A stretch of 64,000 nt of DNA from an uncultured Verrucomicrobiae bacterium (lineage in GTDB: Bacteria; Verrucomicrobiota; Verrucomicrobiia; Chthoniobacterales; Terrimicrobiaceae): positions 96,001-160,000 of the forward strand of contig CAVPOC010000008.1 of NCBI GenBank assembly GCA_963706955.1, in the 5' to 3' direction. The notes under the pieces were generated by a model. The model had not been told where the DNA came from. It saw nothing but the letters and a program-made list of their open reading frames with translations, and did not search any database. Below, piece after piece: positions 18,725-29,094 of this stretch (position 1 is its first letter; every line of letters begins with the position of its first letter). The translations under genes were made by a program, and so were the position numbers.

Positions 18725-19717
18725 TCAAGAAATGCTGAGGATAGATTCTTTTTTCTGTTTCGCCAGTTGCTTGTCGAAGCGCTTGGCAACATTGGCGTAA
18801 AACGGATAGCGGCCAGTTTGATCGCCCCCCGGACGGAAGCGCCAATGTTTGTAGGCCCAAAGCCAGCATTCGGGTTGTTCAAGGATGGAAGGTTCGAGCA
18901 CATTCCAGCAGCGCTGGGTGATTTCCGCCGCGGTCGCTCCAGGAGGAAACACAACCGGCTTGTTATAGATAATGCGATACGTGCCGTCCGGCTCGGGACG
19001 GCACTCCGCCGGAACGATTTTGGCTCCGGTCCGAAGAGCGAGCACCGCCTGCATCGGCGTCACGCACATTTTTAGTCCTCCGAAGGTATCAATGACAACG
19101 CCCGCCTCCCTGGGATCGAGGGTGAGGTCGCAAGTCATCCTAAATCTTCCTCCGCTTTTCAGCAGCTTGAGCATCCGAATCATCGCGCGCTCCTGGGGGA
19201 TCACACTGTGTCCCGTACTGGAGCGCAAACGGTCGAAAATGCGGCCAAAGAGCGGATTTTTGAATCGCTGTGCGACGACCGGACCATTGCCGATCGAATA
19301 GGCGCTGAGCTGGCTCAGCCATTCGAAGTTCGAGTAATGCAGACAGAGATAGACAACGGCTTGACGCCGATCTTTGTGGCAGGAATCCTCGATCCCCTCG
19401 AAGTGCGCAATACTCTGCGTCACGGATTCGCTCAGGTTGGGTGACCAGAAAAGCTCCAACATGGTCCGCGCAAACGTCCGATAGCTGCCCACGGCGATCC
19501 GACGCTTTTCGGCTGGTGTCCGCGAATTCCCGAAGGCCGACTCCAAGTTGGCCAAGGCAACCTCCTGCCCGCGTTTGTCAAAAAGGAAGACGACGGATCC
19601 CAGCGCGTTCCCGATGTGCCGAAGCCAGCGGTACGGCAAACGCTCTATCAGCGAGATAAAACCGGAAAACCCCAGGAATTCCAGCCTTTGACGGAGAGTC
19701 GGAATGAAGTCAGGCAC
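18725..19717 (-). CDS. Lipid A late acyltransferase family (LpxL/HtrB-like)
   Basis: HYSNFEW and PECWLWAYKHWR motifs. Confidence 0.85.
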   Translation of the reverse strand: MPDFIPTLRQRLEFLGFSGFISLIERLPYRWLRHIGNALGSVVFLFDKRGQEVALANLESAFGNSRTPAEKRRIAVGSYRTFARTMLELFWSPNLSESVTQSIAHFEGIEDSCHKDRRQAVVYLCLHYSNFEWLSQLSAYSIGNGPVVAQRFKNPLFGRIFDRLRSSTGHSVIPQERAMIRMLKLLKSGGRFRMTCDLTLDPREAGVVIDTFGGLKMCVTPMQAVLALRTGAKIVPAECRPEPDGTYRIIYNKPVVFPPGATAAEITQRCWNVLEPSILEQPECWLWAYKHWRFRPGGDQTGRYPFYANVAKRFDKQLAKQKKESILSIS

Positions 19718-20134
19718 CTACAATTGTACTCTGCTAAACAGTGTTCCGCTTCTTTGTCGCTTGGCGCTAATCCTACAGGGCGTCAGAGAGATCTCTCTCT
19801 GCGGTCGCACACTTGTGTGATCGTGTCAGCCTGAACAGTGAAAGCGTGACACATCAACCCCATTCTGATGCGTGAGGTAGCAAGGTCTATCCCAATTGCG
19901 TAGGCGAGCACGCCACGCATCGAGAGATCATGCCATACTTTTCCTTAATTGCAAAAAGCCCGCTACCTTTCCAGGTTGGCTCCACAATTTGGAACCTGGA
20001 TGGGTTTGCACAGCACTCCTCTCCTGAAACCGACACCTTGCCCTAGTCGTTGAGCTCCGCATTCTACGATTTCACGCCGGCCGATCAGTTCGACGTGAAA
20101 GGCACGTATGTTTCGAATCGCTCGCGCAAGGAAG

Positions 20135-20419
20135 GCGTGCGCAGCGATTCGGCAGGGTGATTGGAAATTGATCTGGAACACCCTGCTGCCGGCAAGCGTG
20201 GAACTCTATAATATCGCGCAAGACCCGTCGGAGCAGCACGACCTCGCGGCGGCCAATCCCGAAAAGGTCGCCGTCTTCCAGCAGCGCCTCAACGCGCTGG
20301 CGAAGGAAAGCGCCAAGCCCTTGTTCCTCGTGGACCAGTTCAAGGTCATCAAGAAGAACATGAAAGGCGAACCGATCCTGCCCACGGACGAGGAATACGC
20401 CGAGTTCGAAGCGCCCTGA
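20135..20419 (+). pseudogene. C-terminal fragment of an arylsulfatase
   Basis: AAIRQGDWKL...ELYNIAQDPSEQHDLAAANPEKV; no catalytic N-terminus. Confidence 0.8.
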
Positions 20420-20774
20420 GTTCCAAGGATCAAACGCATAACGATGAAAGCCACACGCGCAAGAGGTCAATTGATGAACGGAGGATGTCTTTTATGAACG
20501 ACGGTAAAAATCTAGTCATTCACTTCAACAACGGCGCGGAGATGGGAAGTGTCGTTCCCCACGCAGATCAAGAATTCACTTGGCGCCATCGTGGAAGCCG
20601 CCAAGAGCATCCTTGAAATTACGAGAACAGAATTATTGAAACCCACTAGCGGGGCATCGCCCGGAAGAACGGTCATTCGGGCGGAATCAATTAACAAGCA
20701 ACGTTCCACCTCACATCGATCAATCTCGCCCAAAATTCAAATATTCGGCCACCATTGGACCTAAGAAGTAGCAG

Positions 20775-20993
20775 CCCGGCATCCCATACCACGTCATCGG
20801 CGGCGACCGTGGAAAGGCTGGAAATAGGGACCGCACCAAACCCGTGTGCTCCGACGGCATCGTGCCGTATTGGAGCAGCCACCTCGACGGCGCGCAGAGC
20901 GAACTCGTCGTGCCATCGAGCCACAACGCGGATCAGAATCCACAGGCCATCGCCGAAGTGAAGCGCATCCTCAAATTACACGCTCAGCGATGA
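20775..20993 (+). pseudogene. C-terminal fragment of an alpha/beta-hydrolase (lipase/esterase-like)
   Basis: Manual translation: PGIPYHVIGGDRGK...SDGIVPYWSSHLDGAQSELVVPSSH...AIAEVKRIL. Confidence 0.75.
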
Positions 20994-21034
20994 AACAAAC
21001 GTTGCGAAGTGGGCCTTGGTGGGTGTGTGTTCAT

Positions 21035-21265
21035 CGGAAGTTCTCGGCGAACGACGCGAAGGAGCGTGGCTTTTGGGATAAGTACATGGAGACCTATGAG
21101 AGACGATCCGCGAGACGGCAACGGAGGATTCGCCGTGGTAGGTGGTGGCGGCGGACAACAGATGGTTTACGTGTGTGATTCGTCGCGGCGGCGGAGATCG
21201 ACGCTCTTGCCTCTTTGGACCTTCAGTACCCCAAGGTCGGCCCTGCTAAGCAAGAGGAGTTGTCG
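21035..21265 (+). pseudogene. Degenerate C-terminal fragment of polyphosphate kinase 2
   Basis: KFSANDAKERGFWDKYMETYE / TIRETATEDSPW*VVAADNRWF / IDALASLDLQYPKV, with frameshifts and a stop. Confidence 0.75.
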
Positions 21266-21438
21266 ACGGAGAGGACGTCGCCGTCAAAAACCCCGTAAAT
21301 CTGTTCGTCAGACTCTATTTCACTGCAGTGTCCTTCACCGTCAAAGAGATCGCAAACCTAATCGAATCACGCTACTGATATACAGCAACATACGGATGAC
21401 ATTCCCGGGTCTGTCACGGCCACTCAAGAAACGTCGAA

Positions 21439-21515
21439 TGGTCGGGGCGACAGGATTTGAACCTGCGACCTCGTGGTCCCAAACCACGCGCTCTACCAAG
21501 CTAAGCTACGCCCCG
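21439..21515 (-). tRNA. tRNA-Pro(TGG)
   Basis: CGGGGCGTAGCTTAGCTTGGTAGAGCGCGTGGTTTGGGACCACGAGGTCGCAGGTTCAAATCCTGTCGCCCCGACCA; cloverleaf, TTC T-loop, encoded CCA. Confidence 0.97.
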
Positions 21516-21889
21516 ATTGTCCTACTCGCAGTTGCGGAAGGCAAATTCGGCTGTCTGACAGAACCCGGTTGCGGCGGCTAGCCGCAGCCCTGGCTGCTAG
21601 ATGTGGAGTTCACTATGCCGTTTTCAAGCGCGAGGGCAAATATTTCCTCTTCCCACTGAACGCGATCTGAGGATTCGGACCGAGCGGCCAAACCGTGCGC
21701 GGGATGCCGGTTAGAACGAGGCGCCTTCAAATACGTTTCACCTTCTCGGCTGGCGTTCTTTCGCGGACCCGTCCTCGCGATTCGACGCTGGTCGATGGAC
21801 TTTTACCCATGACCAGGGGCGAACGGGCGACGCCTCGCCTACCTTAACCAAAAAACTTTAAACACTGAAGCCCTCCATGAGCCGGCGGC

Positions 21890-22222
21890 CTAATTTACGG
21901 GGGGAACTTGTGCTGCATCGACGCTTTTGATCTGCACGCCGATGTTGTTAGCACCAGCATCTCTTAAAGTGACGACCAAATGTACATCCTTGTCCGGCTT
22001 GGCCTGCTGTAAGTAGTTGGATGGCGTGGCAACTCCCCCAACCATCAACTTAGCCTCGACTCTTATCAGGAAGGGGTAAGAGGCAGGTTCAACGCTTACT
22101 GTTTTGCCCGTCGCTAACGTGGACTCCGTCGCTGTTTTCCCTTGTGGGCCTGCACCAACCTTGAGAACAAACCCATTAGAATTGCCCGCTTTCGTCCGGT
22201 TATAGATATATATTTTTGGCAT
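21890..22222 (-). CDS. Hypothetical small beta-rich protein
   Basis: 110 aa; N-terminus MPKIYIYNRTK resembles the neighbour's MPKIRIHNRTK. Confidence 0.65.
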   Translation of the reverse strand: MPKIYIYNRTKAGNSNGFVLKVGAGPQGKTATESTLATGKTVSVEPASYPFLIRVEAKLMVGGVATPSNYLQQAKPDKDVHLVVTLRDAGANNIGVQIKSVDAAQVPPVN

Positions 22223-22240
22223 AACTTGGATAGGACATTG

Positions 22241-22282
22241 CTTTTGACCCTCCGGAGCATCGGCCCGGAGTTTGCAGCCGAA
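22241..22282 (-). promoter_or_regulatory. Conserved upstream hairpin motif, copy 1
   Basis: 34/42 identical to 23326-23366; stem CTCCGG...CCGGAG. Confidence 0.55.
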
Positions 22283-22334
22283 AGCCTCAGTTTACATTAG
22301 CTCCAAGAGAAAAGCGTCCTGGCGCAGCGACAAG

Positions 22335-22655
22335 CTAGCCGCTTGGCTTGTCAAGGATGATCTCCAGATGATCTTTATTTGATGCGACGATGTAGACATC
22401 GGCATCCTTTGTCACCGAACCTTTCTTCGGAAAGTAGTTGGCAGCCTTCATTGTCTTGTCTTTGGGCTCGGCCGTAATCCTGAAGGAGTAGGAGGATGAA
22501 ACATCATAATCGACAAACTTGCCGACCTGGACCTCTAATTGTTTGGGGGCCTCGAATACCCCTTGACTATCTGTTACCCCCGCTCGAACCACGATTACTG
22601 TACCATTAGGCAGCGCAGTTCCTTTCGTCCGGTTATGAATGCGTATTTTCGGCAT
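22335..22655 (-). CDS. Hypothetical small beta-rich protein, paralog of 21890-22222
   Basis: 106 aa; shared PKIxIxNRTK, Y.F.I..E.K, NY and DV..V motifs. Confidence 0.65.
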   Translation of the reverse strand: MPKIRIHNRTKGTALPNGTVIVVRAGVTDSQGVFEAPKQLEVQVGKFVDYDVSSSYSFRITAEPKDKTMKAANYFPKKGSVTKDADVYIVASNKDHLEIILDKPSG

Positions 22656-22870
22656 GACAACTGTTAGGATATATTAGCCGGCCTCGCGGCGCTCGCGGCT
22701 CCCTCACGCTCCCAATTGCGCCTGTCCATAGGGCTGCTGATGATGTTTGATCAAATTTCAAATCGAACGATGCACACTTCCAGTTGCACTAGGCTCCCCT
22801 TTTGGACCTTTTTCTAGTGCGCGCAACAGGTTGGCTTTATCGGTGTTTCTGGAGGGGAGACTGGACGCGG

Positions 22871-23293
22871 TTAGGCAAATTTAACAGATGCAATGCTCCA
22901 GGGGGCCTGCTCCGTTGTCTTATCCGGCTTCTCCCGAGCTATATACAGCACAACGTCGCAACTATTTTTAACATTCTGGAGTGCCTTCACCAGTTTATCT
23001 TTATCTGCTTGGGCGTTGTGTGCGTCGAACTGTATCGTAAATGTGAGTGGTGGGGGAGGCGTCTTGGGAGCCGAGGCCGGGTCAGTCGTTCCGCCGCTGC
23101 GTCCACGTTGTTTTTTGAGGTCGTCGATCCACGTCTTGACTGGTCCGAACGGCGGATTGAAACCTGAAAGGCTATCTGCCTTTAGAATCCTCGGCACGCC
23201 ATCCTTAGTATATGGCTTAAGCTCCGTGTACCTTGCAATCCACTCGTTAAAGACCGCAGTTTTGTTGGTCAGTTTATCCTCTGTAAGAGACAT
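22871..23293 (-). CDS. Hypothetical protein
   Basis: 140-aa ORF with upstream GGAG; co-oriented with the two small ORFs. Confidence 0.55.
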   Translation of the reverse strand: MSLTEDKLTNKTAVFNEWIARYTELKPYTKDGVPRILKADSLSGFNPPFGPVKTWIDDLKKQRGRSGGTTDPASAPKTPPPPLTFTIQFDAHNAQADKDKLVKALQNVKNSCDVVLYIAREKPDKTTEQAPWSIASVKFA

Positions 23294-23325
23294 CTAATGG
23301 GCTCCGTTCTAACTGATAAAAATTA

Positions 23326-23366
23326 CTTTTGCCCTCCGGGGCACTCGCCCGGAGTCTGAGGCCGAA
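23326..23366 (-). promoter_or_regulatory. Conserved upstream hairpin motif, copy 2
   Basis: Same stem as 22241-22282, different loop. Confidence 0.55.
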
Positions 23367-23708
23367 GGGGGAATATTTCTATAGCGCAGAGAGCCAGAAG
23401 GGGGTATGGAAGTCAAACACTTTTCCGTTTGAAAGCCTACAAAGCCGCCGACTGGGCTGGAGCAACCGCTGAAGAAGTTGGCGAGCCGGGGCCACCATGC
23501 GGTTGTCGCTTGGTCCGACCAATCGGCGTCTTGGGGGTCACTTCAGTCGACCCGAGGCGCCCGAGTTCCTGGGGTCGTTCGCCTCGCGCGATCTCCATAA
23601 ACTCGCCAGGCCGAAACACCGACTCCGCCAGGCCGGCGCGCACGTCTTGAAAAGTGGCATTTGCCGAACGACCTTAAAAGATGCGGAGGTCATGCCGGTG
23701 ACTGGCTG

Positions 23709-24653
23709 ATGCCTATGGAAAGCAGACCAAAGCCGACCGACGGTATGACGCCATTTCTAAACGCCCTTGACGTCATTCGCGCAATCCCGACCGCGAAGCG
23801 GTTTGAGATCGGAGAAATGCTCTTTGCTCAGTTCGACTGCCCCGTCCAGGACGAACCGCTCAAGATCTGGTCTCAAACGGATCACCTCGTACATGTGGTC
23901 AGTGCACGCTCGACGTGGAAGACCTCCATGGGATCGTGTTCGGCGCAGGCGGGCGAAAGCGTATTCTTCCGGAAGGGAGCTCATATTTCACCGCCGCATC
24001 TAGAGCGAGATCTTTGTCTCTTGATTTTCTTTATTCCGGACGCCTTCGTGCGTGAGGTGATTCGGGAATTGGCCGCAAATCTTCAATCGCTATCGCGGCC
24101 GTCCGATTCGAACGACGTGGTCATCCGATTGAACAATGACACGGCCTTGTCGGCGTTTTTCCATTCGATGCTTGTTTATTTTGCCAGCGAGGAATATCCG
24201 GCCGAGGCGTTGCTGAAATTGAAGCTTAAGGAGCTGCTCACAAGTCTTCTCATCAGCCCGAGCAACCCTTCATTGTCTGCCTATCTCCGTTCGCTGGCAA
24301 CGTGCGACGCGCCGCCACTCCCGCCGATCATGGAGGCCAACTTTTGTCACAGCCTGCCGTTGGATGCTTTCGCGAAGATGTGCCATCGCAGCCTTTCCTC
24401 GTTCAAACGCGAGTTTCACCGATGCTACGGAACCACGCCGGCCAGATGGCTGATCAAACGGCGTCTTGAATGCGCCGCCCAGATGCTACGAACAACCGAC
24501 CTGAGCATCATGGAGATCGCCCTCGAATGTGGATTCGAAGAGCCATCGCATTTCAGTCGCACATTTCGGTCGAGATTTGGTCACTCCCCAACTGATTATC
24601 GAGAAAAGGTAACGAGTCGCGCAGACCCTGCTCAGCTAGTTTCTTCGAGGTAG
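23709..24653 (+). CDS. AraC-family transcriptional regulator (start uncertain)
   Basis: C-terminal double HTH: SLSSFKREF..YGTTPARW..RRLE.A..IALECGFEEPSHFSRTF. Confidence 0.92.
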   Translation: MPMESRPKPTDGMTPFLNALDVIRAIPTAKRFEIGEMLFAQFDCPVQDEPLKIWSQTDHLVHVVSARSTWKTSMGSCSAQAGESVFFRKGAHISPPHLERDLCLLIFFIPDAFVREVIRELAANLQSLSRPSDSNDVVIRLNNDTALSAFFHSMLVYFASEEYPAEALLKLKLKELLTSLLISPSNPSLSAYLRSLATCDAPPLPPIMEANFCHSLPLDAFAKMCHRSLSSFKREFHRCYGTTPARWLIKRRLECAAQMLRTTDLSIMEIALECGFEEPSHFSRTFRSRFGHSPTDYREKVTSRADPAQLVSSR

Positions 24654-24753
24654 CGCCGGACGCTGACGCAAAACGGCCGGGGTGGACGTTTCAGGCCAGC
24701 GATTGAACCTCTCATGCAAACGTCGAAGCACGGTGCTGTGGTATGGAGTGGGC

Positions 24754-25902
24754 ATGAACGATGAACTACGTGCCGCGCGCGCCCTGCGGAGCACGATTCG
24801 CGCGACGCGCCAGCAGACTGAAGAAGGTCGTCGCCTGGCCCCGCAGATCGTTGAAGGACTGATTGCCGGCGGGCTCTTTCGCCTGGCTGTGCCAACTAGC
24901 CTCGGTGGGCCCGAGACCCAGCCGGGAGTAGCCCTCCAAATCTGCGAGGAGTTGGCGTGGGCGGACGCTTCCGTAGCCTGGATCGTTTGGAACAATCAAT
25001 TCGTCGGTCTGGCCAGTCGCTATTCGTCTGAAGCAGTCAGAAACGAGATTTTCAGCGACAATCGCGGAATTTATGCAAACTCCACGCGTCCATCAGGACG
25101 AGCTGTGGTGGTCGACGGCGGCTTCAATGTTTCGGGACGTTGGTCGCTGGTCTCCGGTTGCGAGCTGGCCGATTGGATTCCGGCGATGTGCGTTGTCCAT
25201 AACGCAGATCAACCGCAGACACTCGCAGATGGCGAGCCCGAGACGAGGATGGTTTATCTGTCGAAGGGCTCGTACCGCATTCTGGATACTTGGCACGTCG
25301 GGGGACTTCGCGGGACGGGCAGCCACGATATTGTCGCGGATGACGTCTTCGTTCCGATGGAGCGAACCTTTTCATTCAGTGACGCTGCTCAGGACGACCG
25401 ACCGCTTACTCGAATGCCCTTTTTTGCAACAGTGTGTGCCGGTTGCGCCGCACTCTGTCTGGGAGTTGCGCAGGCGGCACGCGACACGCTGCTGGAGCTC
25501 GCGTCATCAAAGGTCCAGGTCGATCCGGTTCCCGCCACGCGTGATCGGCCGTGGGTGCAAACGTTGGTCGCTTCCTCGGGCGCGAAGCTGGCTTCCGCCC
25601 GGCTGCTGCTCTACTCCGCACTGGCAGACGTATGGGCCACCTGCACCCAGAGAGTAACAGTAACCGACACCCAACGAGCGCAGCTATGGGAGAGCGGTCA
25701 TCATGCCGCGCAGGTTTCCAGGGAGATCGTGAGATCCATGTATGACCTGGCGGGTGCCTCCGCCCTCTATATTGAGTGTCCTCTCGAGCGAGCCCACCGC
25801 GATATCCACGCAGTGTTGCAGCACATCGTCTTCGCACCATTTTGGATGGAGGCCGCCGGTCAGGTCAGACTCGGCCTCACACCCCGAAATCCGATTTTCT
25901 AA
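24754..25902 (+). CDS. Acyl-CoA dehydrogenase-fold flavin-dependent monooxygenase (HsaA/C2-like)
   Basis: SGRWSLVSGC, DTWHVGGLRGTGSHD, LERAHRDIHA. Confidence 0.88.
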   Translation: MNDELRAARALRSTIRATRQQTEEGRRLAPQIVEGLIAGGLFRLAVPTSLGGPETQPGVALQICEELAWADASVAWIVWNNQFVGLASRYSSEAVRNEIFSDNRGIYANSTRPSGRAVVVDGGFNVSGRWSLVSGCELADWIPAMCVVHNADQPQTLADGEPETRMVYLSKGSYRILDTWHVGGLRGTGSHDIVADDVFVPMERTFSFSDAAQDDRPLTRMPFFATVCAGCAALCLGVAQAARDTLLELASSKVQVDPVPATRDRPWVQTLVASSGAKLASARLLLYSALADVWATCTQRVTVTDTQRAQLWESGHHAAQVSREIVRSMYDLAGASALYIECPLERAHRDIHAVLQHIVFAPFWMEAAGQVRLGLTPRNPIF

Positions 25903-26378
25903 TGCGGAAGAGACCTGGCTTGAGAAGAGAGGAGCGCAGAAGAATGACTAAAAACAAAGGCCGATTCAGACCGTTTACCTTCAGGCTTTCGAGCGCCGAT
26001 TGGAGCGGCATCTTTGGGCAGTGCGCGAATTGGCTCACGGAGTCAACCGCGCTCATCGATAACCAAAGACTAAAGCGCTATTTTGCAGCGTATTGGGCCC
26101 TTTCGTCACCTGTTTTAGAAATTGCCTGGTCCCCAGACCGACTCCCGGTCGAAATTCAAACCGAGCTCCAAGTCCAGAAAAGACCCCGAGGGCAGCTCGA
26201 CGTGCGTGAAAATTGTCCATCAATGTCCCGACCGACCGATCGTGAGTCGCCACTGCACGCGTGATCAGATTCGGCATTGGTCACAGGAGCAATGCGCCGG
26301 ACCATTAAGGTTTGTGCGGGGCGTACCGTTATTCTCGGCACCGCCCAACTGGTGGGCCACTTTCCGCGCGCGATGGCT

Positions 26379-26762
26379 TCACTGGACGATTAGTTTTCCA
26401 GCCATCGGCGGATGCATGAGACAAGCGTAGGTTAGAGTCCCTCGCTCCGATGGACGAACCGTTACGGTTACGGTTTGACCCGAGTCGATGCTCGGGACTT
26501 TGACATCGAGTCCACTAATGGAAAAGCAGTGCAGGACGCGGTTGGGATCTTCGTTGCGGAGCACCAGTTCAGTCACCTCCCCTCGTTTAAGAGTTATGGG
26601 TGGATTCCGGAGGTCGGGTTGACCCTCGAGATGGAAGGCCTGATCTTTGGCGACGATGGTGATGCGAACCTTCGTCGTCTCCGAGATATTCGCGTCGCCG
26701 CAGCCGACAAGACTGGCCGCGGCGCAAAGGAGTAACGCAAGCTTGTAAACAAGGATTTTCAT
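26379..26762 (-). CDS. Cupredoxin-domain lipoprotein
   Basis: Lipobox-like SLVGC; H...YACLMHPPM type-1 Cu ligands. Confidence 0.8.
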   Translation of the reverse strand: MKILVYKLALLLCAAASLVGCGDANISETTKVRITIVAKDQAFHLEGQPDLRNPPITLKRGEVTELVLRNEDPNRVLHCFSISGLDVKVPSIDSGQTVTVTVRPSERGTLTYACLMHPPMAGKLIVQ

Positions 26763-26775
26763 AAGTCAGTTTTCG

Positions 26776-27972
26776 TTAAGTCGCGACAAACAGCGCCGTG
26801 ACCCACATCACGATCATGCCGAGCAGAAATCCTGCCGCATTGCCCAACCGGAAAAAATTGCCCTCTTCCGTCTTCATCATTTGCATCCCGATCGCGCAGA
26901 CGACTTGGAATACTGCGCCGGCGCCGATCCCGAGGAATAGGGCGAGCGCGATATCGGAGTATGTAAAGCCTCCCATCCAGCAACCAAGAACCGTCGGCGC
27001 TCCGCCAATGAGACCAAGCACGATCAGATGAAGCATTTTTGGTTTGGAGCGAGCCAGGGGGGAAACAATCGCCAGACCCTCCGTCGTGTTATGGAGCGTG
27101 AAACCCACCAGCAAAAGCGCTCCGAGCGCAACTTCACCCGAGGCGTAGGCGCTCCCGATAGCCAGACCCTCGCCCAAATTGTGAATGCCGATGCCGAAGG
27201 CGATCATGTAAGCCAGAATCAATGAGGATCCGGATCCATGCGCATCGCTCCGGCCGCGGAAAAACCGGTCGAGGGCTGTGATGAGAAGGAAGGCGAGCAT
27301 GAAACCGAGTGCCAGCAGTCCAACCCCTGAGAATACGCCAGGGAGTTGCCCGGCAACCTCCAAACCCTCGTGCAACGCGTCGACGCCGAGAAAAACCAGG
27401 AGGCCGACCGTGAAGCTGAGAAAGAAGTTGATCCAGCTCTTTCCTAGTCGCCGCAAGAACGGCAACCACAAGATCCCGAAGGCTACGGGAAGAATTCCGA
27501 CATAAAGTCCCATCGCGCCGAAAACAAAGAACATTCGCGCTGACGGCCTGGGAGTTTCAATGGCGACCGGAATCTCCTTCTCGAATGACAACCCATTAGC
27601 CGTGAAGAGTTCGATCTTATACGGGTCGCCGGCAACCCAATCGAACGGAATGCGAACGATCGCTTCCGCCAACCTTTCCAGATGGCGGCTTGGGCTAAAC
27701 CCGGCTTTCCAAATCGCCTCGTCGACCGTGACCAATGTCATGTCGACGGGCATCGGGCCCGTATTGCGAATCGTCAGTTTGAATTCACCCGGCTTCAACT
27801 CGACTCGGCGAATGCTGATTTGTTCGATCGGCGGAACCGGGCGGTCAATCAGCTCACTGCCTCCATGGAAGAACCACCAGATCAGTCCCGCGAGCAGCAA
27901 GAGCGGGGCAATCGCGCTGAGGAATACAAACGCCGGGAATGGCCTCGGGGTGATCGGAGTTGCGGCATCCAT
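26776..27972 (-). CDS. ZIP-family metal transporter with N-terminal extracytoplasmic domain
   Basis: GIGIHNLGEGLAIG and LHNTTEGLAI motifs. Confidence 0.9.
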   Translation of the reverse strand: MDAATPITPRPFPAFVFLSAIAPLLLLAGLIWWFFHGGSELIDRPVPPIEQISIRRVELKPGEFKLTIRNTGPMPVDMTLVTVDEAIWKAGFSPSRHLERLAEAIVRIPFDWVAGDPYKIELFTANGLSFEKEIPVAIETPRPSARMFFVFGAMGLYVGILPVAFGILWLPFLRRLGKSWINFFLSFTVGLLVFLGVDALHEGLEVAGQLPGVFSGVGLLALGFMLAFLLITALDRFFRGRSDAHGSGSSLILAYMIAFGIGIHNLGEGLAIGSAYASGEVALGALLLVGFTLHNTTEGLAIVSPLARSKPKMLHLIVLGLIGGAPTVLGCWMGGFTYSDIALALFLGIGAGAVFQVVCAIGMQMMKTEEGNFFRLGNAAGFLLGMIVMWVTALFVAT

Positions 27973-27975
27973 CGC

Positions 27976-29061
27976 TTAACCTTTCACATCGAAGAAGCCC
28001 ATCCAGCCCAGCTCGGCAAACTCCGAAGTATGTGCGTGAAACATATACATGCCGGGATATTTGTAGCTGAATTCCAAGATGCCGCGTTGACCTTGGCAAA
28101 GGTTGATCGTGTCAGTCAGTTCCGCCGCCTCAAGCGAAGTGCCATTCGGATAGTACTCGAACATGTTAGCGTGAAGGTGAAAATTGTTGACGAGGTCAAA
28201 CTCCGTCATGTTCGAGAGATAGACGCGCACCTTCTCCCCGACCTTCAGTCCGATCGGATGCTCGGCGTAGTAGTTTGCCACCCCGTTGACCGCATAAAAT
28301 TCGTTCTCCATATCGAGGTCCACGTCCAGTCCGTGCATCACCATGATCATCTCGGTGGCCGGCGGACGCGCGGCTGCGGGATCGACAATCAAGGTGCCAT
28401 AGAGCCCGCGCGCAATGTGCTTTCGCAACGGCATCATATGGCAATGGTAGGGAAAGATTCCGAACGGCTCGGCCGTAAAATCGTAGGTAAAACTCTTGCC
28501 CTCTGGCACGACCTCGAAGACGCCATCCATATTCGCGGGGTGAATCCCATGAAAATGCATGGTGTGTGGCTTGCTCCCGCGATTCTCAAAATGGATGACC
28601 AGGCGATCGCCAACGGTTGCCCGAAGTGTCGGCCCAGGCATAAATCCGTTGTAGACCCAAGCGGGAAACTTTACCCCTTCGGCCACTTCGATCTCTTTGT
28701 CCTCCGCCACGACCAGGTATTCCCGCTCCGAGGTTCCATCCGCTCGTCGTGTGGTCTCCCCATAGTCAAAGGTCGTCAGAAACTTCATTGGGTCCATCTC
28801 GCCGCCGGGCGTGCCCGGAAGCGTTCCCCTAGACAGCGAAGGGCCCGTCGAACCGATTGGGATCACCTCGTCGCCAACGACGGTCGTCTTGCCAATCGGA
28901 TACTTGCCCTCGAGCTTCTCGGTCAGGCACTCCATGCAGGCCCGCGCCCGGCTAACGGTAAATGACAATCCAGCCGCTCCCGCGGCCGTCAGCGCGCTAG
29001 CCTGCAAAAACCTTCTCCGCGGAAAACCCGGCCTCTCAGGATTGTCCCAGGAACCCTTCAT
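27976..29061 (-). CDS. Tat-exported two-domain multicopper oxidase
   Basis: RRRFLQ signal; HTMHFHG, YHCH...HIARGL, FHLHAN, MFHAH. Confidence 0.9.
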   Translation of the reverse strand: MKGSWDNPERPGFPRRRFLQASALTAAGAAGLSFTVSRARACMECLTEKLEGKYPIGKTTVVGDEVIPIGSTGPSLSRGTLPGTPGGEMDPMKFLTTFDYGETTRRADGTSEREYLVVAEDKEIEVAEGVKFPAWVYNGFMPGPTLRATVGDRLVIHFENRGSKPHTMHFHGIHPANMDGVFEVVPEGKSFTYDFTAEPFGIFPYHCHMMPLRKHIARGLYGTLIVDPAAARPPATEMIMVMHGLDVDLDMENEFYAVNGVANYYAEHPIGLKVGEKVRVYLSNMTEFDLVNNFHLHANMFEYYPNGTSLEAAELTDTINLCQGQRGILEFSYKYPGMYMFHAHTSEFAELGWMGFFDVKG

Positions 29062-29094
29062 CTCTTCCCCATGTCGGTGGTGCTTGTTTCACAA

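Noticed and set aside
21890..23293. Integron cassette array
   Set aside because: Only one ORF ends in a GCCTAAC, no convincing paired attC sites, and no integrase.
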